A DNA stretch of 64,000 nucleotides. It comes from an uncultured Nitrososphaerales archaeon (GTDB lineage Archaea; Thermoproteota; Nitrososphaeria; Nitrososphaerales; Gagatemarchaeaceae). Under the pieces are notes generated by a model. That model had not been told where the DNA came from, made no database searches, and saw only the letters and a program-made list of their open reading frames with translations. Location: contig OY970160.1 in NCBI GenBank assembly GCA_963706445.1, forward strand, positions 1,088,001-1,152,000, given 5' to 3'. The translations under genes and the position numbers were made by a program. The first letter of the stretch is position 1. The number at the start of each line of letters is the position of its first letter. Shown here piece by piece: positions 28,824-38,457 of the stretch.

Positions 28824-30290
28824 ATGAAGATGTTCATACAGGGCCAGCCTGCCGATGCTGAAAGTGCGGCCACCTTCAATGTGTCCAATCCAGCGACAGG
28901 AGAGATAGTCGATTCCGTCCCCAAAGGGGCGAGGGAGGACGCCAAGCGGGCCATAGACTCGGCCCTGGACGCGTTCAAGGTCTGGTCCGAAAAGCCGTCG
29001 ATCGAGCGATCGAGGACATTGCTGAAGATTGCCGAGGTCATGAGAGCCAACGTCGAGGAACTTGCGACAAGCCTGACCTTGGAGCAGGGGAAGCCGATGG
29101 GGGAGTCAAGGAGCGAAATCAATTCGTTCGCAAACACATGTGAGTATTACGCTGGTGTCATCGGGAGGCAGAGGGGAGCTCATACTCCGTTCTCGACGGG
29201 CGAGGGTTTCTTCATCGTCACAAAGCGTCCGATCGGAGTTGTGGGTGCGATCCTGCCATGGAACTTCCCTGTGTCTCTGATGGGGTGGAAGGTCGCTCCG
29301 GGGCTCGCGGCAGGGAACACTTTCGTCGTCAAGCCTGCCAGCACGACCCCCATCACTGACATCAAGGCTGCAAGCCTGATGGTCAAGGCAGGCCTGCCGC
29401 CGGGGGCCGTCAATGTGGTCACAGGCCCAGGTGGGGTAGTCGGGGAGGAGTTGCTGGACAACCCGAAGGTATCTAAAATCGCCTTCACTGGGGAGACCGC
29501 CACAGGCAGAAGGATCATGGCGGGGGCTTCGAAGTACATCAAGAGGCTGACCCTGGAACTCGGAGGCTCTGACCCCATGATAGTCTGCGACGATGCGGAC
29601 CTTCAACTGGCCGTAGAGGGCGCCGCTTGGGGCAGGTTCAGGAACTGCGGGCAGTCGTGCACATCGGTCAAGCGGCTGTTCCTGTTCGATTCGATTGCAG
29701 ACGAGTTCGTCAAAGCTTTCGCTGACAAGGTGAAGACGATAAGGGTAGGCAACGGGATGGACAAGGCGACCCACATGGGGCCCATCCATACCGAGGAGCA
29801 GAGGGAGAAGGTCGAGTCGATGGTCGAGGACGCTGAGAACCGGGGGGCCAAGGACCTGGTCAAGGGGGGGAGGCCGACAGAAAAGGACCTGGCCCGCGGG
29901 AACTTCTACACCCCCACGGTGCTCACCGATGTGAACTATGACGCTCAAATAGCGAAGGAGGAGTGCTTCGGTCCTGCATTGCCGATCTTCGTCGTGAAGG
30001 ACCTTGAGGAGGCCATTGAGCGGGCCAACGACACACCCTATGGTCTGGGGTCATCGGTCTGGACCAAGAACGTGGAAAGGGCCTACCACGCGGCCGAACG
30101 GATACAGGCAGGGACCACCTGGGTCAACTCGCCCCCCATCGCGAGGGCGGAGGTTCCCTTCGGAGGGTTCAAGCAGAGCGGGTTCGGAAGGGAGCTCGGC
30201 ATCGAAGGGCTGGACCACTATTACGAAACCAAGAGCATCCAGGTCCTAGAATACGGCAAAGGGAAGAAGTGGGCCTTCCCCATCGGCTAG
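28824..30290 (+). CDS. aldehyde dehydrogenase
   Basis: PWNFP, FTGET, LELGG, GQSC, EECFGP. Confidence 0.95.
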   Translation: MKMFIQGQPADAESAATFNVSNPATGEIVDSVPKGAREDAKRAIDSALDAFKVWSEKPSIERSRTLLKIAEVMRANVEELATSLTLEQGKPMGESRSEINSFANTCEYYAGVIGRQRGAHTPFSTGEGFFIVTKRPIGVVGAILPWNFPVSLMGWKVAPGLAAGNTFVVKPASTTPITDIKAASLMVKAGLPPGAVNVVTGPGGVVGEELLDNPKVSKIAFTGETATGRRIMAGASKYIKRLTLELGGSDPMIVCDDADLQLAVEGAAWGRFRNCGQSCTSVKRLFLFDSIADEFVKAFADKVKTIRVGNGMDKATHMGPIHTEEQREKVESMVEDAENRGAKDLVKGGRPTEKDLARGNFYTPTVLTDVNYDAQIAKEECFGPALPIFVVKDLEEAIERANDTPYGLGSSVWTKNVERAYHAAERIQAGTTWVNSPPIARAEVPFGGFKQSGFGRELGIEGLDHYYETKSIQVLEYGKGKKWAFPIG

Positions 30291-30384
30291 GTCGCAGACG
30301 TCAGGGCCACTTGGACAGACTGTAGCATAAGCATTCCAAATTCTCCCCTGAGCCCCAAATGTTTTTGTCGGGCATGCACCCGCT

Positions 30385-30795
30385 GTGGAACAATTGAGTT
30401 CAGCCGTAGCCATGAATTTCGTAGGAAGAATCAACGCCCACGACCTGGATGGCTTGGTCTCTCTAATGGCCAAAGACCATATTTTCATCGACTCTCTCGG
30501 AAATCAATCAGCCCGACCCGGCATCGAGACAGGTTGGAGGCAGTACTTCGAGATGGTCCCCGACTACTGGATCAGAATCGACAGGATGAACGTGCAGGGC
30601 AAAGGAACCGTGCTGATAGGTGCTGCCGGAGGCACCTACGTCTCAAAAGGCGGAAAGCCCCTTGCCGAGAACAGATGGGAGACGCCGGCCGTTTGGACGG
30701 CCGTGATTGTAAACAAGAAGGTGGCGGTGTGGCGGATATATTCAGACGACGAGCCAATCAGGGCAAGGATGAGAGAATCCGGGCCGCCGGACTGA
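30385..30795 (+). CDS. SnoaL-like NTF2 family protein
   Basis: FV..INAHDLD.L..LM..DH.FID. Confidence 0.8.
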   Translation: MEQLSSAVAMNFVGRINAHDLDGLVSLMAKDHIFIDSLGNQSARPGIETGWRQYFEMVPDYWIRIDRMNVQGKGTVLIGAAGGTYVSKGGKPLAENRWETPAVWTAVIVNKKVAVWRIYSDDEPIRARMRESGPPD

Positions 30796-30807
30796 AGGAG
30801 GGGTCCC

Positions 30808-31224
30808 CTAGGTTTGCGGCTTCGAGGTGATGTTGACCATCCAATGGATACCGAACTTGTCGGTCAGCTGCCCGTAGGTGTCGCCCCAGAACTGCTTTGC
30901 CAGAGGCATGTCGACCTTCCCGCCTTGTGCGAGCCCGTTGAAGATCTTGGTAAGCTTCTCAGCGTCGTCTCCGCCTAGGCTCATGTGCATATTGTCTCCG
31001 AACTTCGCCTGTCGGCTAGGCATAGAATCGCTGGCCATGAAGATCAGCCCTTCGTTCTTCAGTGTCGCATGTATGATCAGGTCGTTCTCCTCAGGCCTCT
31101 GGGCCATCTTCGACTCGGCGAACGTCTGCATCGTCAGCTCTCCTCCGAGGATTGAGTGGTAGAATTTCATCGCTTCGGCAGCCTTCCCGTTGAAAGTCAG
31201 GTAAGGAGTGAGAACTGTGTCCAT
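30808..31224 (-). CDS. VOC/PhnB family protein
   Basis: LTPYL.FNG.A.EA..FY, FWG..YG.LTDKFG..WM. Confidence 0.9.
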   Translation of the reverse strand: MDTVLTPYLTFNGKAAEAMKFYHSILGGELTMQTFAESKMAQRPEENDLIIHATLKNEGLIFMASDSMPSRQAKFGDNMHMSLGGDDAEKLTKIFNGLAQGGKVDMPLAKQFWGDTYGQLTDKFGIHWMVNITSKPQT

Positions 31225-31376
31225 GGAACCAAAGGCCCGTCGTTCATATTTAAGTGGTGACAGGTGCCACAAGATAGGAAGAGAGGTAGTGGGCCACCTC
31301 CTCCTCTCATGTCACATTGGGCGGCAAGTTTCCGGGCAACGTCTAAATACGTTCACCCGACGCGGTCGTAAAGAAG

Positions 31377-31688
31377 ATGCCACAGTTCGCCAGGATAAAG
31401 CTCACAAGCACCAACCTCCCTGAATTGGAGAAAGTAGCCAACGATATCAGAGAGATCGCGGACAAGACAGGGGTCAAGGTCCGAGGGCCTCAGCCCCTCC
31501 CGACGAAGAAGCTCAAGATTACGACTCGCAGGGCCCCGACGGGCGAGGGGAGCCACACATTCGACCACTGGCAACTAAGAGTGCATAGACGGATCCTAGA
31601 CGTCCAACCTGACGACAGGACCATGAGGCAGATCACAAAGCTCAGGATCCCCGAAGATGTAAAGGTAGAACTGATACTTACTTCCTAG
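31377..31688 (+). CDS. rpsJ: 30S ribosomal protein uS10 (archaeal type)
   Basis: ARIKLTS, GPQPLPTK, GEGS.TFD.W..RVHRR. Confidence 0.97.
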   Translation: MPQFARIKLTSTNLPELEKVANDIREIADKTGVKVRGPQPLPTKKLKITTRRAPTGEGSHTFDHWQLRVHRRILDVQPDDRTMRQITKLRIPEDVKVELILTS

Positions 31689-32578
31689 GTCTGCTTCTTC
31701 ACCCAGTCGATGGTCCGCTGGAGTCCCTGCTCCAAGGTCAGCTCGTGGACGTACTCGAGCTCGTTCCTGACGCGGTCCAGGGACGGGTAGCTTATCTGGG
31801 GCTCCGCTTCTAGCTGGGTTCTCGGAGGAGCCAAGTTCAGCGTGGATTTGGAACCTGTCAGCTGTTTGACCGTCTCGGCCAATTCTCTAATGGTCACGGG
31901 CCGCTCGCCGCCGAAGTTGTAGGCCCTGCCCGCTGACTTGTCTTCCTTCAGAATGGTCAGTGCCAGCTTGGCGAAGTTGGAAGCGTGAGTTGGAGATGTG
32001 GTGTCCTTGCCGCCGTTGAAGAGCGTGAGCGGCTCGTCCTTGAGGCAGGCCCGGATGAACCTGATGGTGGCGCGGCTCGGTTGGTCGTATTCACCGAAGA
32101 GGAGCCAGCTCCGGGTCAGCGACACTGGGAGCCCCTTGGACTTGTAGAAGCTCATCGCCATGTTCTCCAGGACGACCTTGGAGTAGTCGTAGGGGACCCG
32201 GGGGTCGAAGGGAGCATCCTCTGAGACGGGGTTTGTCTTCGGGGCGCCGTAGACGTTGGCGCTGCTCGTGCACAGGATTCTCCTGACCTTCTTCCGGTGG
32301 GCTAGCTCCAGCATGTTGAGGGAGCCGACGCAGTTGACTTCGAAGCAGAGCTTGGGGTCCTCGACGGTCTTCTTGATCTCCGTGATTGCGGCCATGTGGA
32401 TGATGGCGTCGAACTCCAGAGAGGCCAGCTTTCCGAAGACAAAGTCCTTGTCAAGGAGGTTTCCTGAGACTTCCCACCCTGAGAGGTCCGTAGGGATCGT
32501 CTCGACCCCCTTCTGCTGAAAGTAGGCGAGAAGGTTCCTTCCGACCATGCCGGACGCGCCAGTGATTAGGACTCTCAT
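31685..32578 (-). CDS. NAD-dependent epimerase/dehydratase
   Basis: ITGASGMVG, SSANVYG, YDYSK. Confidence 0.9.
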   Translation of the reverse strand: MRVLITGASGMVGRNLLAYFQQKGVETIPTDLSGWEVSGNLLDKDFVFGKLASLEFDAIIHMAAITEIKKTVEDPKLCFEVNCVGSLNMLELAHRKKVRRILCTSSANVYGAPKTNPVSEDAPFDPRVPYDYSKVVLENMAMSFYKSKGLPVSLTRSWLLFGEYDQPSRATIRFIRACLKDEPLTLFNGGKDTTSPTHASNFAKLALTILKEDKSAGRAYNFGGERPVTIRELAETVKQLTGSKSTLNLAPPRTQLEAEPQISYPSLDRVRNELEYVHELTLEQGLQRTIDWVKKQT

Positions 32579-32607
32579 CCTGTCGCCCCGCCCGACTCAC
32601 ATTCTAT

Positions 32608-33000
32608 TTAAGCAGAGGAAGGGATTCCAGACTTCTTAGAGAGCTCGGCGACCAACTCAGGCTCTATCACCCCGTACCCCATCTCCTCCTTTCCGTCGGG
32701 CATTGAAATTGGAATCCTTGAGACGTAGTAGGGGACCTCGTACTCTCCTAGTTTCCCCTCTTCCGCCTCGAAAATCCGTGCCCAGGACCCTCCCTTCTGT
32801 TCATAACAGCGGACCACGATCACCTTTCTTTCTCCGAAGCCGCCGCCCCTTCCACCTCCGGCCAGAGACCCTTCCCCTATCTTCAGAAGGAAGAGTCTGT
32901 TGTCAGGCGACTGGGGCCTTAGGTCAACGTCCCTTGATGCGATTATCACGGCCCTGGACGTACCAGTAAGATTAGAGACGAGTTCTTCGAGCCCGCACAA
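32608..33000 (-). CDS. hypothetical protein
   Basis: Host-like ORF between same-strand genes; Gly-rich GGGRGGGFG. Confidence 0.6.
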   Translation of the reverse strand: MCGLEELVSNLTGTSRAVIIASRDVDLRPQSPDNRLFLLKIGEGSLAGGGRGGGFGERKVIVVRCYEQKGGSWARIFEAEEGKLGEYEVPYYVSRIPISMPDGKEEMGYGVIEPELVAELSKKSGIPSSA

Positions 33001-33043
33001 CTTTGTGAGCTCGGGTCGTGTCCGTATAAAACCCAGCGGCCAG

Positions 33044-33565
33044 CTACTTCGGTGCGCTTTGCCTCTTGAGGTAATCGGTAAGCAGTATAACAGCGTCCGG
33101 GGTCATCGTGTCCCCGCCCATCATCCTCCGGAGCTGAGGCTCGGTGACCTCCTTGACTGCCTCCACCTCCTCTGGGTCGGATCGCCAGGGGAGGTCGCTG
33201 CGGGCGACATAGAAGGAGACCCACTCCTTTTCGGTGAGGTTCCCGGATTGAATCGGGGGGAGGAGGCACTTCCTGACTTGAACCAGCTTTGCGCTGAGCC
33301 CAAGTTCCTCCAGGAGCTCCCTGGCTGCCGCCGCTTCATAGCTCTCCCCTGCCTTCACATGGCCGGTGCTCGAGATGGTCCAGAGCCCAGGATGCCAGAC
33401 GTCGCTCTTGCTCCTTTGCTGGAGGAGATACTGCCCGTTGCTCCGCATCACGAGGACGGCGACTGCCCTGTGCAGGAGACCCTTTTCCAGGCACTCTTTG
33501 ACCGTGGCCTGGCCGCTCACCCTGTCGTGCTCGTTGACGATGCTCACCAGTTCATCTCCAGTCAT
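33044..33565 (-). CDS. NUDIX hydrolase (IPP isomerase type-1-like fold)
   Basis: LHRAV, LQQRS..., GHV..GESY..AA.REL.EELG. Confidence 0.85.
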   Translation of the reverse strand: MTGDELVSIVNEHDRVSGQATVKECLEKGLLHRAVAVLVMRSNGQYLLQQRSKSDVWHPGLWTISSTGHVKAGESYEAAAARELLEELGLSAKLVQVRKCLLPPIQSGNLTEKEWVSFYVARSDLPWRSDPEEVEAVKEVTEPQLRRMMGGDTMTPDAVILLTDYLKRQSAPK

Positions 33566-33773
33566 CTGATGCTCGCTTTCAACCGAACGCTTGATTGATG
33601 AGGCAAAAAGCTCTTCGAAAATCAGACGACCCTGCGGCGGTGCTCGAATGCTTATATCGCCAACAGAAAAAAGCGCGAGGGCGGTTCAAGATCCTGGTTT
33701 CTCGTCTGGTTGAACTGCATAGGAAACGGGCGGTCATCTTCAACCCCTTCGGGTTCTTGTTCAGGGGAGCGAT

Positions 33774-34715
33774 TTGTTGATGGGAAGCTCTGGGTTCACA
33801 GGAAGGGACGTCATCAGCGCAAGGGACTTTAGTAGAGTGGATTTCGAACGCATTTTCAAACTAGTCGACGGACTTGAGGCGGCCCCTGGGTCCATGGATG
33901 GAGTCCTCGGAGGCAAGCTTGCAGCCCTGCTCTTCTTCGAGCCTTCCACGCGGACCTATTCATCGTTCCAGATCGCGGCGGAGAGACTAGGAATGAAAGT
34001 CACAGGCTTCGCGGGTCCGACGGGCTCCTCGGTGACAAAGGGAGAAACACTCCACGACACCGTAAGGATGTTCGAGGGGTACGGAGCGGATGTGTTCATC
34101 ATAAGGCACCCCAAGATGGGAGCCGCAAGGTTCGCTGCGGAGATCACAGACACCCCGGTGGTCAGCGCAGGGGACGGCAGCAGGGAGCACCCTACCCAGG
34201 CGATGCTGGACCTCCACGCCATCAGGAAGGCTTTCGGAAAGGTCGACGGGTTGAAGGTGGGGATGCTGGGGGACCTTCGGTACGGAAGGACATCATCCTC
34301 CCTCGCATATGCGCTCTCGAACTTCGACGTCGAGATGACGTTCATCGCTCCCGACTCGCTCCAGATGAGGTCTGAGGTGTCCCATTTCCTGAGCCGCCGT
34401 GGCGTCAAGCCGAAGGTCGAGACTGCACTGAAGAACGTAGTTGGGTCGCTGGACGTGCTCTACGTGACCAGGATCCAGAAGGAGCGGATCCCCGACCCGA
34501 CAGAGTTCGAGAAAGTAAAGGGGTTGTACGAAGTCAACCTCGAAACGCTGAGGGACGCCAAGCCGACCCTGAAGGTGATGCACCCCCTCCCGAGGGTGGA
34601 TGAGCTCTCTACTGAGGTGGACGAGACAGACCATGCACACTACTTCGTCCAGGCGGCGGGCGGACTCCCCCTCAGGATGGTCATCCTCAACCTGGTCCTT
34701 GGAGGAGCCTCATGA
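33774..34715 (+). CDS. pyrB: aspartate carbamoyltransferase catalytic subunit
   Basis: FFEPSTRT, HPTQ, RIQKER, MHPLPR. Confidence 0.97.
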   Translation: MLMGSSGFTGRDVISARDFSRVDFERIFKLVDGLEAAPGSMDGVLGGKLAALLFFEPSTRTYSSFQIAAERLGMKVTGFAGPTGSSVTKGETLHDTVRMFEGYGADVFIIRHPKMGAARFAAEITDTPVVSAGDGSREHPTQAMLDLHAIRKAFGKVDGLKVGMLGDLRYGRTSSSLAYALSNFDVEMTFIAPDSLQMRSEVSHFLSRRGVKPKVETALKNVVGSLDVLYVTRIQKERIPDPTEFEKVKGLYEVNLETLRDAKPTLKVMHPLPRVDELSTEVDETDHAHYFVQAAGGLPLRMVILNLVLGGAS

Positions 34716-35203
34716 CCGAGGAGAGGGAGGGCGAACACCTCCTCGTCAGCAGGATAGAGGATGGGACGGTTATCGACCACATCCCCGACTGGAAGGCCGA
34801 GACAGTGACGAGGGTGCTCGGGCTCGACAGGAAGGCGATGATGAAGGCGAACGCTTCGGTCGCCATGCTTCAGAATGTGGCGAGCAGGCAGCTTGGGAGG
34901 AAGGACATCGTGAAGGTAGACAGGTGGCACGTGAAAGAAGGAGACGCGGACATCCTGTGCCTGGTCTTCCCGAGCATCACCGTGAACTACATTACGAATG
35001 GGAGCGTCGCAAAGTACTCACCCAGCGTCCCCGACCTGATACATGGAAGAATTAGGTGCCCGGAACTATCTTGCATATCCAACGCCGAGAGGGAGCCGGT
35101 GACCTCCGAGTTCGTCACCCTGAAGGCTGACCGCATGCTGCAGTGCGCCTACTGCGACACCCTGCTGGGTTTCGACAGCGTCCCCGAGCACGTAAGGACC
35201 TGA
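34712..35203 (+). CDS. pyrI: aspartate carbamoyltransferase regulatory subunit
   Basis: GTVIDHIP, KDIVK, CP...CI, C.YC. Confidence 0.95.
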   Translation: MTEEREGEHLLVSRIEDGTVIDHIPDWKAETVTRVLGLDRKAMMKANASVAMLQNVASRQLGRKDIVKVDRWHVKEGDADILCLVFPSITVNYITNGSVAKYSPSVPDLIHGRIRCPELSCISNAEREPVTSEFVTLKADRMLQCAYCDTLLGFDSVPEHVRT

Positions 35204-35209
35204 AGCAGG

Positions 35210-36481
35210 ATGGAGCACGACCTTGTCCTCGAAGGGAGGGTCGTGACCGACGAAGGAATCGTTGAGGAAGAGATTGGGGTATCCGATGGAAAGATTGCGG
35301 ACATTGGCCATGGGCTCAAGGGCTCCAGGAGGACAAGGACCGGGAGGAGCCTTATCTTTCCGGGATTCATCGACATGCATGTCCACCTCAGAGAGCCCGG
35401 ATGGGAGCACAAGGAAGATTTCAGGACCGGAACCGCGGCCGCGGTACATGGAGGGGTCACGACCGTGGTCGACATGCCAAACAATCCGGACCCGGCGGTC
35501 TCCAATTCGACTCTCGATGTCAAGAGACGGCTTGCCGGAGAGAAGGCGCTTGTTGACGTCCTGCTCTATGGAGGGGTAGACCCGCAGAACCTCCAGCTCG
35601 TTCCTACAATATCGGGGGCAGTGGTTGGGTACAAGATCTACCTCTCTGAGACCACGGGATCCCATGGGTTTCCGGAAGATAGGCTGGAGGAGGCCGTCCG
35701 CATGATCGCAGAGACAGGGCGTCCGGCGAGCTTCCACTGCGAAGATCAGAGGACCATCGATGAGGCGAAGAGGCGGCTCGGAGACATGAGGAGGCAGGTT
35801 CCTTACGCCGACCTCAGACTTCCTGAGTCGGAACTTGCGGCCGTCAGTACCGTCGCGGCGGCCCTGACGAAGCAGCACGTTTCGGCGAACGTCTGCCATG
35901 CCTCGCTCGGTGAGACGCTTTCGATGGTAGGTCGGGCAAGGTCGGGGGGACTGGATCTCAATTGCGAGGCAACCCTCCACCACCTTTACTTCAGCAGGAG
36001 GGATCTAGACCGGAACCCGATGCTGAAGACGAACCCGCCACTTAGGTCGGAAGAGGACCGGGAGGCCCTGATCCAAGGGGTCAGACTGGGGAATGTTTCG
36101 TTCGTTGTAACCGACCACGCACCTCACACGATGGCGGAAAAGATGGAGAAGGGAGCGGCCGGAGTCCCAGGCCTGGACGACTTCAGCCATGTCGTTTCCT
36201 GGTTGATCAGGGATCAGGGGGTGGATCCGACTGCAATTTCAAAGGCCGCTTCCACCCGTCCAGCGCGATTCCTCGGGATGAAGGACAGGGGAGGCCTTGC
36301 AGTGGGGATGAGAGGAGACTTCTCGGTACTCGATTTGCACTCTCCAGAGAAGGTCGAAGGAGAGTCGTTGCGGACGAAATGTGGATGGTCTCCCTACGAA
36401 GGAAGAGAATTCCCCGGAAGGGCCAGATGGACCCTGGTGGCTGGTGAAGCGCTTCTGGACGACTTCGAGTTCGTCAGATAG
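35210..36481 (+). CDS. pyrC: dihydroorotase
   Basis: DMHVHLREPG, DMPN, NPPLR, TDHAPH; in the pyrBI operon. Confidence 0.9.
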   Translation: MEHDLVLEGRVVTDEGIVEEEIGVSDGKIADIGHGLKGSRRTRTGRSLIFPGFIDMHVHLREPGWEHKEDFRTGTAAAVHGGVTTVVDMPNNPDPAVSNSTLDVKRRLAGEKALVDVLLYGGVDPQNLQLVPTISGAVVGYKIYLSETTGSHGFPEDRLEEAVRMIAETGRPASFHCEDQRTIDEAKRRLGDMRRQVPYADLRLPESELAAVSTVAAALTKQHVSANVCHASLGETLSMVGRARSGGLDLNCEATLHHLYFSRRDLDRNPMLKTNPPLRSEEDREALIQGVRLGNVSFVVTDHAPHTMAEKMEKGAAGVPGLDDFSHVVSWLIRDQGVDPTAISKAASTRPARFLGMKDRGGLAVGMRGDFSVLDLHSPEKVEGESLRTKCGWSPYEGREFPGRARWTLVAGEALLDDFEFVR

Positions 36482-36845
36482 CGGACGCCGCTGGCGTGCC
36501 TCCGCCTGAGGGTTGCGGCGTCGTGGCGGCCGCGTACATCCTCGGTGTCCTCCCCAGATAGACGTTCACAATGATCAGGGCCACTATCGCAAGCAGGATC
36601 AGGGCGACGGTATAGGCGAGGGGGATGAAGTAGGAAAGAGACAGTATCGCGGCTACGACACCCCAGCCCAGGTAGTAGTTCCTCTCCTTTCGCTCAACGA
36701 TCGCGAAGGCAGCGATTGCCGTCCACAGGCCGCCAAGCAGAAGGGCCATCGATAACAAGCCGGAGAAGCTTATGATGCCAAACAGGTAGACGGCTACTGA
36801 GACCAGGACAGAGACGATTATCCCGATACCCCAACCTGGTTTCAT
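36474..36845 (-). CDS. hypothetical membrane protein
   Basis: About four hydrophobic segments. Confidence 0.65.
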   Translation of the reverse strand: MKPGWGIGIIVSVLVSVAVYLFGIISFSGLLSMALLLGGLWTAIAAFAIVERKERNYYLGWGVVAAILSLSYFIPLAYTVALILLAIVALIIVNVYLGRTPRMYAAATTPQPSGGGTPAASAI

Positions 36846-36896
36846 TCGGTTCGCCTATCTCGGCGGGTTTTCAGGCTCGTATTAAGTAATCCCCGG

Positions 36897-38294
36897 CTAC
36901 TCTTCTGGAATCGGGGGCGTAGGGAAGAGGCCGAATCGCGCCTCGTAGGCTTGGGCGAGCTCCAGGACACCTGCCTCATCGAAGAGCTTCCCCACGACTT
37001 GGACCCCCACGGGGACCCCCCTCACCAACCCAGAAGGCATCGAGACGGCGGGGAACCCGATGTAGTTGAACGGCAGCGTAAGGCTGTTAAGGGCAGAATA
37101 GACCGCGATCTTCTTGCCCCTAATCTCTGCTTCGGTTTGCCCGATCTTCGGAGCAGCAATGCGGGTGCAAGGGACAGCGACAAAGTCCACCTTTCCCATT
37201 GCCTGGGAAAACCTCTCGATAATTGACGGACGGGAGTTCAGGGCGTTGACGTAGTCGATGGCGAGGACCCTCTTGCCCAGCTCGAGGTTCTTTCTCACAT
37301 CGTCCCCGTATAGCTCTGGTGAAGTCTCGAGCCACCTCCGGTGGAAGGCGGTGGCCTCGGCCCTCCTGATGGTGAGCCACTTGTCGTATACGTCCTTGAC
37401 GTCGCCGAGGTCCACTTCTTGGGTCGTGCACCCGATCTCCCGGATTCTGGTGAGAAACGCCGAGAAATCCTCTTCAACGTCTACATCGATATTGTCATGG
37501 AAGTAGCCTGCAGGCACCCCCACCCGTGCGCCAGCGAAGGGCTTGGCGAGGGCTCGTAGGAAATCGGGTACGGGTGTGTCAGAGGTGGTGATGTCACCCA
37601 CACCGGGCCCTGCCATCGCCTGTAGCATCGCCGCGGCGTCCCAGGCGCTCTGAGTCAGGGTCCCTATGGTGTCGAGGGAGGAAGCCAGGGGGATTACCCC
37701 CAGCCTGCTTATCCTGCCATAGGTCGGCTTCAGGCCGAGGACACCGCAGTATGCCGCAGGTATCCTCACTGAGCCGGCCGTGTCCGTCCCGATGGCACCT
37801 TCGGCCATCCCCGAGGCGACTGCCACGGCGGACCCTCCGCTCGAGCCTCCGGCGACGCATGAAACGTCCCAGGGGTTCCTGACGGCGCCGTAGTGCGGGT
37901 TGACGCTCGTCACTCCGGCGGCGAACTCGTGCATGTTGGTTGTCCCCACGATCACTGCGCCGGCAGCCTTCAGCCTCTTGACTGCCGAGGAGTCGTATCC
38001 CGCGATATTGTCCGCCAGGATTTTTGACCCTGCTGTGCACTTCACTCCTTCGATGTAGAATACGTCCTTGACAGCGATGGGGACCCCGTCAAGAGGGCCG
38101 ATGGGGCTACCCTCCTTGAGCCTCTTCTCAGATTCTTCTGCTGCACGGATGGCTGAATCGCCCAGGATGGTAATGAAACTTTTCAGACGCGGGTTCAGAG
38201 AGGCTATCCTCTCCAGACATTCGCGGGTGGTCGCGACAGGGTAGGCGGTACTTGTCCTGTAAGCCTCCGAGAGTTCCTTGATCGTCCTAGGCAT
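36897..38294 (-). CDS. amidase signature family enzyme
   Basis: PIAVKD, GGSSGGS, GTDTAGSVRIP. Confidence 0.92.
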   Translation of the reverse strand: MPRTIKELSEAYRTSTAYPVATTRECLERIASLNPRLKSFITILGDSAIRAAEESEKRLKEGSPIGPLDGVPIAVKDVFYIEGVKCTAGSKILADNIAGYDSSAVKRLKAAGAVIVGTTNMHEFAAGVTSVNPHYGAVRNPWDVSCVAGGSSGGSAVAVASGMAEGAIGTDTAGSVRIPAAYCGVLGLKPTYGRISRLGVIPLASSLDTIGTLTQSAWDAAAMLQAMAGPGVGDITTSDTPVPDFLRALAKPFAGARVGVPAGYFHDNIDVDVEEDFSAFLTRIREIGCTTQEVDLGDVKDVYDKWLTIRRAEATAFHRRWLETSPELYGDDVRKNLELGKRVLAIDYVNALNSRPSIIERFSQAMGKVDFVAVPCTRIAAPKIGQTEAEIRGKKIAVYSALNSLTLPFNYIGFPAVSMPSGLVRGVPVGVQVVGKLFDEAGVLELAQAYEARFGLFPTPPIPEE

Positions 38295-38457
38295 GAGAAA
38301 GCCCGGCTGCGTTCATTCCGCCATAAGCTTAGTGCCGGGGGTAGAATGCCGGATAGGACTGCTTGACAGCGACGAAGAGCCCGTCCATGGATGCTGTCAC
38401 GACTCCTGGTCACAATTCCGTAAGGATATTATCGAGGGCTGATTCGCCAAGAAGTGC

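Noticed and set aside
33044-33565. idi (IPP isomerase) gene symbol
   Set aside because: It lacks the catalytic Cys motif (WTISSTGH) and has an intact Nudix box, so it was left as a Nudix hydrolase.
33595-33650. C/D-box sRNA (TGATGA at about 33596)
   Set aside because: No suitably placed CTGA box D or terminal stem.
36897-38294. gatA
   Set aside because: No gatB or gatC nearby; only generic amidase motifs are visible.
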